Assembly (NCBI GenBank): GCA_030265395.1
Contig: JARFYF010000007.1
Coordinates: 35,846,341 to 35,910,340 of the forward strand
Reading direction: 5' to 3'
Source of the DNA: Rhina ancylostomus
Taxonomy: Eukaryota
DNA length: 64,000 nucleotides
The number at the start of each line of letters is the position of its first letter. Positions within the stretch are counted from its first letter, which is position 1. The position numbers and the translations under genes are program-made. Positions 1 through 11,900 of this stretch are shown here, piece by piece. The notes below the pieces were generated by a model. That model was not told where the DNA came from. It saw only the letters and a list, made by a program, of their open reading frames with translations, and made no database searches.

Positions 1-425
1 ATTTCTGATTAATGGTGACTCTAGATTGATAAAGAAGTGGGCCTCAGTGATGGTACTGCCATTGAATGTTAAAGATATGGTGAGATTCTCCCTTGTTAGA
101 AGTTGTCATTTTCTGCTACTTTTTTGAGTGAATATTATTCTCCATTTATGACCCCATGCCTGAATGTTGTCTAGGACTTGCTGCATACGGGCATAGACTA
201 ATCAATTGTCTGAGAAGTTTCCTAATGAATTGAATAATATGCAATTATTAGCAAACATTGCCACTTCGGACCTTCTGATGCAAGGAAATCCATTGATGAA
301 GCAGTTTTGTCTTGGACACTACCCTGAAGAACTAATGCAGTGTTGTCCTGCAGCTGGGATGATTTACATCCATCGCACACAACTATCTTGCTTTGTGCAA
401 GTTATGATTCCAGCCCATGGAAAGT
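1..425 (-). mobile_element. Decayed non-LTR retrotransposon (CR1/L2-group) RT fragment
   Basis: The minus strand translates to a degenerate ..SSG*CP...CFINGFPCIRRSEVAMFANNC, matching the GVPQGS..FINDLP...FADD RT motifs. Confidence 0.7.
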
Positions 426-907
426 TNNNNNNNNNNCCTCTTTTATATACTTCAGTGGAAAATAGAACATCAAGAATTATTTTTTTCAAAAAGACATTTT
501 TCTTAGAGATTGATTTTTTGGGAAGAGTAATCTTTATTCATTTTGCTGTACCATAGGATAATAATCAGAATCAGAGGTCACAAAAATTCTTTTCAAAACA
601 GGTCACATTGTATATAATTAGAGGTTAAACAGAGGTAACTTTGTATGAAAGTTTATTGCCTTGACATTTGCACTGGTAGCTACTTATATGGCCTTAGCAT
701 TGCGATTATAAAAATGCCAATGCCCAGAAGTTGAAATTCATCCTCTTTTGGCACACTAAACAGATGTAACATATGGTGGTAATGTTCATTCCACTCTCCT
801 AAAAATTTTTTATGAAATCACACGAAAATACACTTAAAGCAGCGTCATGGCATTTTGCACTCTAATTCATGCACTTGAATGGGACCTGTGCAGGCCTCAT
901 GGCTCAT

Positions 908-1070
908 GAGATAGATAAATACTTAAAAGATCGAAGAATTGAGGGTTCTGGGGAACTGGCACAGATAAAGAGTTGAGGTCAGCATAAATCAACCTTGATC
1001 ATATTGAATGGCAGGGTAGGTTTATGGAGCCGAGTGGCCTACACATGCTCCTATTTTCTTGTGTCCTTGT
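908..1070 (+). mobile_element. CR1/HER1-type LINE 3' end
   Basis: gatagataaatactt...tgatcatattgaatggcag...gagccgagtggcctac..gctcctattttcttgtgtcc, the typical shark CR1 3' terminus. Confidence 0.75.
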
Positions 1071-1914
1071 ACCATGAGATTCTCCTTCTGCCCACTAATA
1101 AATAAGGTCGTGCTTAAAGAACTCATGGAAATCATAGTAGAGTGGCAGAAAAGGCTGCCATGAAGGTGCAGTAAAACATTGGAGAAGGTGGACATGGTGT
1201 CTCTTTACCCAGCCCCTGCCTCATCCATGTGCTAAGCAAGCACAATCAACTCCTGTGCTGTAGGTGGCCCCAAACAACAAGATGTAGGCTGATCAAAGAG
1301 CCTGTGATTGCTGCATGCAGCTCACAATAGGCTGTGATCAGTGAAGAGCTCCAGTGAATTATTTAACATTATGCTGGCCATTGAAAAATGAGGCTGAAGT
1401 GCAGGATGCAAGGTATCCATGTTACATCACAGACTCTTTAATGCAGTCTCATTCCTGTGCAATGTGCTGCTAGTTTTTTTTTGGCGAGTTACCAAAATGG
1501 TTGTAGGATTCCCTCAGAAGCCCAAGTTTCTTGCAGCAGTGGAGAAAACACTTTCTTCATGATTTCTGACATCCCCAGTTATGTGACTAATGCTGGGCAA
1601 GTGTCAAGTGTACTCAGGTGAATCATGCAGGGAAGTGCACAAGCCCGCTTCCCCATGGTCATTAATTAACATGGGTGTGATGCCTAGCATGATCAGTTAT
1701 GTGCCAAATAGCTGATGTGCAGAATGTTAATGTGTGATTTCCACACAAAAAAATGTGCATAAATGGGCCCAGTTTCTAGGCACAATAGAATAAATTGATA
1801 AAGTGTTGTAGAGAAATTATGGATTGCTAAAGAAAACAATATTGTAAAAAATATTGTTAACCTCATTATATTCATCTGCATATGTGCAAAAAGGTTTCTA
1901 AAAGTTTGCTTATA

Positions 1915-2155
1915 CATGCTATCCCTGGGTTACAAATACTTGACTTACGGACGTATGAACGAGCTAACATGTGCCCATAATAACTACTTTTAGTAGTCGT
2001 CCTTTCTTATCAGTCTTATGTGGTTTAATGCCTTTCATTACAATACTGTGGATGTATGGTTACCATATTGAGTGTTTTTTGTGTATTTTCTGATTTACAA
2101 AATCGACTATGGATATTTGTGTAAACAAAATCCATTTGTTACCTGGGACAGCCTG
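1915..2155. mobile_element. Tc1/mariner (pogo/Tigger-like) MITE
   Basis: Imperfect TIRs: CATGCTATCCCTGGGTTACAAAT at the left and ATTTGTTACCTGGGACAGCCTG at the right. TA precedes the left TIR. Confidence 0.65.
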
Positions 2156-2229
2156 CACTGGTTGTCATAGTGCAGTTGAATGTTTTAGTGGCACCTTTCG
2201 CCTGAAACAATCACCGAAAAGGTATAGGG

Positions 2230-2397
2230 TTGTAGAGTAATTCAGCACAGAAACAGGCCCTTCAGCCCAACTCATCCATGTCAACCAAGATGCCCATCTA
2301 AGTTATTCCCATTTGCCTGTGCTTGGCCCAAATCCCTCTAAATCTTTTCTATCGATGTACCTGTCTAAGTTCCTTTTAAATGTTGTTATTGTACCTA
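2230..2397 (-). mobile_element. CR1/HER1-type LINE 3' end
   Basis: cagcacagaaacaggcccttcagcccaac...cccatttgcctgtgcttggcccaaatccctctaa...atgtacctgtctaag, the reverse-complement HER1 tail. Confidence 0.85.
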
Positions 2398-3209
2398 ATT
2401 TGACTAAAGTAAGGAATATTTAATGAATGAGCTTCAAGAACACTAATTTTAGTGGAATGCTAATTGGATCACAAGCCCCAATTTTAAATTATTCGCTAGG
2501 TTGTATGATTGAAACTGGTGATAAACTTTATTGACAGACAAAATTTTACCCACACAAGAAATTTTAATTCATGGGCCACATCTGCATAGGCTACACCTAA
2601 AACCAGAGTCACTTGAAAGTAGTAACTACCCAACTACCCTTCATCCCAATGAGTGGGGTGAAGGGCCAGGAGCCCATCACTGTGGTCCTGAAAGACCGAT
2701 CCTTAACTGCTTAGTTAAATGGTTGGTTGGGCATCAGAAAATAAGAGAGAGAGGGGAAAAGCCAAGGATTCCTAGTCTTTCAAAATTATGTAAACAATAT
2801 AAAAATCACTTTCCTTTCTTGATCCCTTCTTGCCTGAGCTTAACTTGCTATTTATTTTGTTGGCTCATCAGGGAAGCCACAATTGATAGTCTAATGATGC
2901 CATCTTAACTTAATCTGCACGTTTTAAAGGAGAACCACAGCCTTTTTGAGAGCCCTGTAGAACAAGTTAACATTGTAGGCAAAGAAGTAGTGGCAGGATT
3001 AGTGCAAATAAGTTGTGTGGCTCATTTGTCCATTTTAACAGCCCGCTCACTATGTTTCTGTAAGCCAAGTAAGGTTTAGAATCAGTTCTTACAACTTCTG
3101 AGAAGAGTGGCAATTTGATTAACAAAATTGTTGTGATTATCCCTCATCTATCAGTTGTGGGTACCAAACAACAGTTAATATATGCTGATCCCACAGAATC
3201 CACAAGAAT

Positions 3210-3905
3210 TATACCAGGGCTTAAAGGGTTAACTTTCTATTCCCTTGAGTTCAGGGGGTTGAGGGGTGATTGAATTGAGATCAATAAAATTATAAAAGGC
3301 TTGACAGGCCAGATATAGAAACTATTTTCTGTACTCAGGGTATTCAAAACAAGGAGGCACAATATTAATTTTAGTGTAAGATAAGATATTATTAGTCACA
3401 TGTACATCGAAACACATGATGAAATGCATCTTTTGAGTAGAATGTTCTGGGGGCAGCCCGCAAGTGTCGCAATGCTTCCAGCAGCAACATGGTGTTCCAC
3501 AACTTCCTAACCAATACGTCTTTGGAATGTGGGAGGAAACCAGAGCACCCGGAAGAAACCCACGCAGACACACGGGGAGAATGTACAAACTCCATACAGA
3601 GGGAATTGAACTCGGGTTGCTGGCACTGTAATAGCATTACGCTAACCACTACACTGCCATGCCTGCTGATTTAGGGGTGAAATTGAGGAGCACCTTTTCA
3701 TAGAATGAGTGATGGAAAGCTGCAACTCTTCCTCTAAATGTTGTAGATACTGATCAAATAAAATTTCAAGATGGAGACAGATAGATTTCTATAAGTTCAG
3801 GTAACATGGGATACGGAGCAAAGGCACATAAATGGAGGTGACATTCTGACGAGATCAAATGGTGGAACTAATTGGAGGGACTGTACAGCCTCCTCCAGTT
3901 CCTAA
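3210..3905 (+). mobile_element. Old CR1 LINE 3' region interrupted by a V-SINE
   Basis: gttgaggggtgattgaattgag..aaaattataaaaggcttgacag (RLRGDLIE..KIIKG.D) continues after the SINE into tttaggggtgaaattgaggagcaccttttcatagaatgagtg and the 3' tail. Confidence 0.7.
3376..3666 (-). mobile_element. tRNA-derived V-SINE (full length)
   Basis: Minus strand has an A box (gtgtagtggttagc), a B box (gagttcaattcc), the V core (gggtttcttccgggtgctctggtttcctcccacattccaaagac) and a tail ending in tcttatctta. Closely similar to the copy at 59796. Confidence 0.9.
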
Positions 3906-5699
3906 CTTCACATAGATTCATTAATACATAGCCCCAAAAACCCTGGAATTAAGCTGTGCAACATTATCGTGTGAATATTTAACACTGAGAGTTGCTGTTC
4001 TTAATATTTTATTGGAAAACCTTGTAACATACCACAACTTAATTTCAGGAACAAGACTTTGTTTATTAATAATAATGGTTACAGACACTGGACATAGCGT
4101 TTCCCAGTAATTGTTTGCACATTATTTCAAATAAACCTGTAACAATTATGTCACAATCATTAATCCTCTTATGTGAATACCATCACGCATCAATGACCTA
4201 CAGCACACTACCACTGCTGTCTGTAACGACAGCTGCTGCAACACAGAAAAGGAACAGAAACAGAAAGCCCACCACTGCCCGCCCACCCCCAACCCTGCCA
4301 CCCACCCATACATATACAGACACATACACGAAAATAAGCCACATATATAAAAAACACACACACAATAAAATATACCAGTGATGAATTTTACAGTTGTAAT
4401 CAAATCTTGGGGTTCAAGTGGTAATTATAAAGAACTGAGCTTTGGTCTCCATGGTTTATGATATCATCTGAACCCCTCAATTAGATTACTGCTTTATAAT
4501 CACTTCCAGGTATCCATTATTTTTGAAACAAAGTTTAGCTTTGGAACAGTTTGAAAAATGCCTGGAACCAGATTTGCTGAAGTATGTGACCTTGACTTCT
4601 GACCCAAATCTTTGACCAACCATGCCCAAACTTTAATGGGTTCAAGAGCTCTGTGTTGAGTGATTGGCCTGTAATTACGGGCTTTGACTCAAAAGTTGTT
4701 TTGTAAATATGTAAGCACTCCATATAAACCCTCCGAGTACTGAATTACAAGTTAAAAGCATCAGTGTTTGCATTGCAACAACATTCTTCCGATTTTAAAT
4801 GTGAAATGGAATATTATGTAGGATATAGAGAATCATATCTTCTAAATTTACATTAAGTATTGAGTAAGCCGTTCATTTTTTCCATCTTTTGTGTAGAAAT
4901 TCAACTAGAGTTCTGAGAAGCATTGCATTTTATTATTAGAAATTCTCAGTTGGCATACCTTTAAATAAAGATGTAGATTAATCTTTACTTCTATATCTGA
5001 CTGATAAAAGAAATGCTGTTTAATACTTCTGCTATCAGCCATGCATTACATAAAAAAGATGCTACAAAATGAATAACTCTGCTGATCACCTTGAATCCCT
5101 GTCCTACACTTCCTTTAACTAAGTGTAATAACTTTTATTCACTGACCTAAAAATACATTACCTGCAACTTAAATTTATAAAATGTAAATATAAATGACAG
5201 TTCTTGAAGTCCGAAAGGCTCAGATAAAGCAAGAGACTCAAAATGTGCAGATGTGGCTTAAGGTATTACCTGATGAATGTGTAACATTCTTATCTTTTCT
5301 GTTTCTTGCTGTTCAATCTAGAATTTCATTCCTAATGACCAAAAAAAATTTAAGCTGGTTATGACCAGTAATTACTACTGTTCCCAAGTGAGTTTTCAAG
5401 GGTACAAAGTAATGGATAAGCATGCAATTGCAACACTGCATAGCAGAATGAAAGTTGAGATTACAACTATGGTAATAGAGATTACAGTTCAAAATACTGA
5501 ACAAATTCACGTCCAGTAGTCCAATTGCTTGTATACTGGGGACATAGTGGAGTCATGGCTACATTACTGGACCAATGGTCTAAAGAATACTTTATTGCTG
5601 AGTGGGATAAATTTAGAATAGATTAAATGGTTCAAAACTGGTCAGCTGTAAGGTGTAAGCCAGTGATGGAACTAAACTGTATTCCCTCACAATCTATAA

Positions 5700-6150
5700 C
5701 ATTGTGGTATTGTTCACTGCTCAGTTTACCATTGCTGCTACTGATCAACGGGTCAATAGCTCCAGGCATACCTAGCTATTAGATTCCAATCTAAGAAGAC
5801 CATAATACCCAATTATATATATTCTAAACAGCAGAGGTAGGGCGCCATAGGCAGTGTCAAGTCATTCTACAATTGCCAAAATAGATAAAAACTGCCACAT
5901 TCTGATGTAAATAGTGGTGAACAATTAAACCACAAATATAGAACAAAGCATATGAGTACAAAAGATGAAATGTTAGCAGCCAGCTTTATCCAATTGTGTT
6001 GAATGGAAGATCCATCTTGGCTTCCTTCTGAGGGTCCCACTGTCACAAAGGCCAGTCTTCACCATCAACATCTGAAGTGGGGATCGAGAGGAAATGATGA
6101 CCTTCGATCAGAAATTTAACTATAAGCATTGTGCTCAAAAGAACAGTTCA
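5700..6150 (+). mobile_element. Decayed LINE ORF2 fragment
   Basis: gtggtgaacaattaaac...gagtacaaaagatgaa...tggaagatccatcttggcttccttctgagggtcccactgtcaca..gccagtcttcaccatc resembles the ORF2 of the shark LINE family seen at 1-425. Confidence 0.5.
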
Positions 6151-6197
6151 GAAGTTAGATATTCTACACAGCCCGAATATGATTTGTGATGGACTAG

Positions 6198-6615
6198 GGG
6201 TACAATGCCATGGAGGTTAAATTACTGGATTAGCATCCTGATGACTAGACCATTAACCCAGGTAAATGGGTTTGAATCCCACATGGTAGATGGAGAATTT
6301 AAATTCAAGTAATGAAATGAAATGAAAAATGCTACATTCTGTAAAGTTTGGATGAAACTGGTAATGATAATCATGAAGCCCCTGCATTGTTGTATCAACC
6401 CATGTCATTCACAAATGTCCTTTGGAAGAAGATTCACCATCCTTACCTTACTTGACCTATATGCGATTCCAGGCCCACAATGAGTCTTCTCTTCTCAGGG
6501 TTGGACAATATCTTTCTCAAAGTATCTGCAAAGATGGTAGTGTTCATGGTTATTTATACACAAATGCCACAACTTCAAGTGTGTGGGGAGGTGCAATTAA
6601 ACAAGGACATTAGTA
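6198..6615 (+). mobile_element. Old tRNA-head SINE (shark family with LINE-derived tail)
   Basis: tRNA-like head (atgccatggaggttaaattactggattagc...gggtttgaatcccacatgg), then gaatttaaattcaa...catccttacc..tgacctatatgcgattccaggcccac. Homologous to the copies at 21600 and 44103. Confidence 0.7.
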
Positions 6616-8507
6616 TTAGTGATCCAACATTCTTACATTAGCTTCTCAAAACCAACGTCTTGGTTTCATATTCCTTGTACAAATACATAAGATGATGTAA
6701 AATTTCATATACTTGCACAATTGGTCTGAAGTAAGCACACAAAGAATAATAAGTAAAGTTATTTCACATCTAAGTACTCTTTCAGTGATGTGATAAGTGT
6801 GAATTACTGCCAGTCAATCTCCCTGACAGTGAAAACTACCACCACTCTGGTCTCATTTTTTCCAGATTTTGCTTGAGTTTGGAGATTTAATTCTTCCTCT
6901 TCTCTCTTAAACCTACAACTGTGCTTCAGTCTGGATGTTTAAGGAGATATATAATTGAGTACCCTGTCAACTCGGATCCCAGTTGCCCGAATTGCACCAC
7001 ACCATTTCCATTTAGCTCTTCCAGCAACTTTCAGTTTAAAATACTGTTACCATTAAATGGACAAGAGCAAATATATTGACCTGGCACCAGAAATGTGGAC
7101 ATAACACTTGCCTGATGTAATGACTTTTTGCCTAGCAAGTTAGATCACAAAAATTGGTTCAACTCAAAGAGCTCCATTTCAAATATGTTGCCCAGCAATT
7201 TAGTGGAAGTTTTCCGTTGTGTTTTAGCACTTCCATGTTTCCTTATCGTACCTTTTGATATATTCCACAGGAGGCTGTTATGACAAAGCCACAGAGGGAG
7301 TAAATACCACTTCAGTTAAGAATAAATGAAGTAAATCAAACATTATGATAAGTGCAGATATAGTTATTCATCCACTAGACAGACAGAAAAGTGATAAGAA
7401 GGACTGATGTTTTACTTGCTTTGTATTAGAAGGTGTGCGTAAGAATTTTTAAGTTGCACAAAATTACATCATTCAGACAACATGAAATGTGCTAGGCTTG
7501 CTTCAAATGAAATCTCCACTTCTGTGCTTCGAGGTGGCTTCTATTTCATATAGACTCAAATAGTTGCAAAGTTCTGTAATCAGCAATGCAAAAAAGGGTG
7601 CAATGTATTGAAAGATAACATGTTTGGCACAAGTGACGAATAAGTTCTGAAGAAGATCTTAAACCCACTTGTTGTTCAAAGCATTTATATTTTAAAAAAA
7701 TGGTCCTGATAGATTTGAAGGTAACTGCTTCACTTAAATTATTTAGTAATTGAGTAGATAACATTGAAGTCTTAATTTTTGCTTTGAGAAAGAACTATTC
7801 CTCTCAACTGTGAAAACTCGCAATACCACTTCATTATATTTTACCATGAAGGCACTGGTGCCATTCTCTGATCACCTTCATTCAACAAAGTAAAATATTT
7901 CATGTTCACCATGATGAATAAAACTTTCTTACTTAAATCCATTCAAATCTGCATTACAAAGCAAATGCAGGGTATCTTAAAAACTATTGTGAGTGCCATT
8001 ATTTAAAAATTACTATACTGAAAAGCAATACGTAAACACAAATATAACTCAATTAAAGGTGCATTAGCCTGGAGTTTCTATTTGCATTACTAGAAACTTA
8101 AAGAATCCCAAGAGCAGCAGATAGTGAAATACAATTCAGTTCCAATTTACCGTGCCCTCGAATGTTAAGACAGAGGATTTCATCCATGATCTAAACCATG
8201 TTACTGTGCTGAACAGATGTCAGGCCACCCCCAGTTAAGAGGAAGGATAATCAGAAGATCAATCACCTCACACAAGCCATTTACAGAGCCTCACTGAAAG
8301 AGGAAGGTAGCAGGCTGGTCTCTCAGCCATTGCCTATTGTTGAAAACATTGCCAATATTCTTGGAAAAGGAATGAAGAAAATACTTGTCTGAAACAAGAA
8401 AGAAAATAATGAGCTTGTAAACATAAAACTGTTTGTGATGCTATCTTGCTGGCCAAAAATTTTGGTGCACTGGATTTTGACTTGATTTAGTATATTGATC
8501 TTGGCAT

Positions 8508-8850
8508 TAGCTTTGTTCCATTGGTCTACTTTGTCCTCAGATCAGAAGGGCATGGGTTCAAACTCCACTCCTATAGTTCAGTATGTTGTCAAGATTGAAA
8601 TCTCAGTTCAGACTGAGCAAAATGCTCTTTTGGGAAAAATAGTGTCCTTTAATATTTAACTTGGGGCTTGTTCAGGTGGATCCCCTGCAGTATCCAAAGA
8701 AGAGTGTTTCCCTGCTGCATTAGCCAATATATCTATCAGCTCCTTCAATTTACACTGTTCGTATTTAGTTTGTGGAATGTTAATGTGTGAAAGCAATTGT
8801 AACTATAGCCATACATTTCAAATAACTTCACTTTGAGATTTATGAAGAGA
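8508..8850 (+). mobile_element. Ancient Deu-domain SINE relic (SacSINE1/AmnSINE-like)
   Basis: tcagaagggcatgggttcaaactccactcc (B box), then ttcaggtggatccc...aaagaagagtgtttccctgctgcattagccaatat...gtttgtggaatg, matching the Deu domain layout. Confidence 0.6.
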
Positions 8851-10729
8851 CCTTATTTGGATTCAGTGACTAACCAGAAAATAGATTTGATTGTCCCAAA
8901 CTGTGCTACAGCAAACAATTTATATTTGAACAAAAATCACTTGTTATATTGGTGAATGTGTCAGTTAATTGATAGAATTATTGTCTACTCAAGGTATCTC
9001 TGTCTCCCAATTCTCCTAATCACTGATTGTTGAAAGATTGTTTACTCTCCTTGTGTCAGATGAATTTATCCAAACAGCTGTTTCTGCTTTTATTTTGGTT
9101 TCAATTTACTATTTTTCACTGTTTTTATAAGGAAATCAGTTTACTGCCACTAACATACTTTGGTGAAATTGTGAATGAAACTACAGCATAGGGTATGGAA
9201 GGGAATATGGAAAATGAAAGTTAATGCATACAGCAAACTCCCTTAGTACTATCTGACTAGCTAATTTGGAGTTTCTCATGCTTGACATTGTTTATATCAA
9301 CAGCACATTGAACTTTGCTACAATTAACATGTTGCAGAATGTATCAAATCTTTGTATGACTACATTGTTGATATGATGAATGTGAGCTCACATATTTTAC
9401 AATAAATCTCTTTTAAATAAACTATAGTTATTTTCTTAATCTTTTAGAAAAAGCCATTAACAAAATTGGTCTGATTTCTTTGACATATAAGTTTTAATGA
9501 TATTAACAAGATTTTCTAGGGTTTATCTGGTAAATTAATACATTTCCCTTAACAGCAGGATGAAATATGTCAAATTTTAGTAGCTTAACATGTGTTTGTG
9601 TTTATCCCGAACAAAATTCCTTTCTTAGGCTCTCATACGTCAAATGAAACAATATCCCTTTCTGCAAGCTGTATATCAAAAGGAACTAAACGAGGGTTGC
9701 AATTATACTGACCTGCAACTGGTAGCTGTAAAGCTGTACCTGTCTGTGATTTGCAGTCTGTCTGTTAGCAAGGTCTGCATTGCATGTCTGTGTACAAATA
9801 TAGGTAGGCTTTCATTTCTTCTGGGGATTATCTTAATTTTGGAGGAAATAATGATAATAACTGTAAAGAATAGGGTTAATATCAGCAGGTCCAGAATTTA
9901 TAGTAAGGATGAAGTATATTTTTGGAAGCTTATGATATATTTATTTAGAATAGAATATCAGGTTGATGGGCTTAGACTCAGGATTTCTTCACAAAAATCC
10001 TAAAGATTTATTTATGGATGCTCTGCTTTTCTGGGCCATGAGATAAATGCTGGCAGGGCACAACTAAAAGAAAATTAAGCAAATAATCTCTGGGGTGGGG
10101 GGGGGGTGGGGGGACAACCACATAATCTGAAATGAATTGACCACTAAGGATGGTGGTCAGTCTAGACTGGCAAGAAGACTAGACTTCAGCAATTAGGTAA
10201 GAATAATTAGGAAGAAACTTAAAATTGGGCTGGCTGGTCATTTGAGGATTATGAAGTTGGGACTGTGTCCATGCACTTGCCAAATGTATTAAAACAGACC
10301 AAAAGTGTGAGCAATGAAGGAAAGCAGATAAGAGTATACTAAAGCAGAACATTTGTAGAGCTTGTCATTAAGATTTTGGGCCATGAAAATAATATGAAAT
10401 GAACTGATTTTCAACATTCTGGATACCTCTGAGGTTTTGTTAATTTACTCTTCTGAAATGTCTGTGTTTCTTTCCTGCAACATGAATAATTAAATAATGT
10501 TGTGATATTGAAATAAACAACGGACCTGTTATCTTAGAGTCAAAAATCTGTAAAAAATTATGCCATAATTATCTGTAGCTAATTTAGAACAATAAAGATC
10601 GTTGCGTAGACTTATAAATGTTAATTGCAACCCTTAATTTTGAATGTGCTCTCCACATATTTTCGCGGGTTTCCACTGTAGCCTAAACAAACCGAGCACT
10701 GTTGATTTTAGTGTCACGTACTGCTTCTG

Positions 10730-10748
10730 TTAGCACTAGATGGCGGTA
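10730..10748 (+). promoter_or_regulatory. CTCF core motif
   Basis: TTAGCACTAGATGGCGGTA versus consensus TGGCCACCAGGGGGCGCTA; the core CACTAGATGGCG is conserved. Confidence 0.6.
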
Positions 10749-11007
10749 AAGACTTAAGCAATTAGTCTTTGAGGATCATATATTCCCTCTCCAGGCAGAC
10801 GAATGTGAATCGGTATGTTTGGGAAAATATTAAATTTAAGAATCGATTTTTATATGTCTAAGGTGGCAATAATATCTTAAGATTTTTTTTCAAACAAGTC
10901 CTGGCTGTTGATTTTTATCTAAGATCATAATGTTAATATTCTAATAGGCTAATAAAGGTTAATTGACAATTAACATTTAAAATAATCTTAGTGTAATATA
11001 AAAAAAA

Positions 11008-11900
11008 CAAAATACTGCGTCAGCTGAGATAAGAAAGAAAACCAGAAAATGTCAATACTCAATTAGTCAGGCAGCATCTGGGAAGGGAGAAACAGACTTA
11101 ACGTTTCAACTTGATGACCTTTTGTCAGGACTGGAAGATGTTAAGCGATATAACAAATATTAAGATCCAGTGTGAATACAATTGTGGATTTGGGGGAGAA
11201 GGGCCAGAAGGAAAGGTCTGTGATAAAGTGGAAGGCAGAAGAGATTAAATGATGAAAGGGAATCCGGTGAAAAACATGAGACAAATAAATAAACTAACGA
11301 TGAATCTTGAGAGGATGTAAATGGGAACAGTAGAATCATTAATTGACATTGTTGAAGACGATGTCTGTTATGTGACCTGTCAAAAGACGAGGTACTGTTA
11401 CATGAGCTTACACTGAACTTCACGGGAACAGTATAGGAGGCTGAGGAAAGAGTGGTCAGAGTTCCACTGGGATAAAGAATTACAATGGCAGGTGGCCCAA
11501 GCTCTGGGCTGCGCTCAAGAATTGAGCAGAGGTGATCTGCAGAGCACTCGCCCTATCCAGTTAGACTCTCCAGTGTAGAAAAGAGGAAATTGCTAACATC
11601 GAATACAGAATGCTACATCGAGAGGAGTAAATCGCGGCTTCACCCTGAAGATCATTTTGAAGCTTTGGATGGTGGAAGTGAAAGGGGTAAAGGGGCAAAT
11701 GTTGCATCAGCCCAGAATTGAAGTGGGATGCGGAGGAGTTACTGGGATGATGGAAGAGTGGACCATGGAGGGATTAGTCTCGAGAAACTAAAGGGGAAAG
11801 GGAGGGGTCATTATGTTTGGTGGTAGCATCGTGTTAGCGACGTCAGAAATAGTGCAGGATGATTCGTTGAATGTGAAAGCCGGGAGAGTGTGAGGTGACT
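11008..11900 (-). mobile_element. Decayed Penelope-like element (GIY-YIG end plus terminal repeat)
   Basis: Terminal motif aatactc..gtcaggcagcatctgg..agaaacaga.ttaacgtttc. Minus-strand remnants of RFT...CIRC...YTGE and ..HFN... GIY-YIG residues at 11390-11710. Confidence 0.7.
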
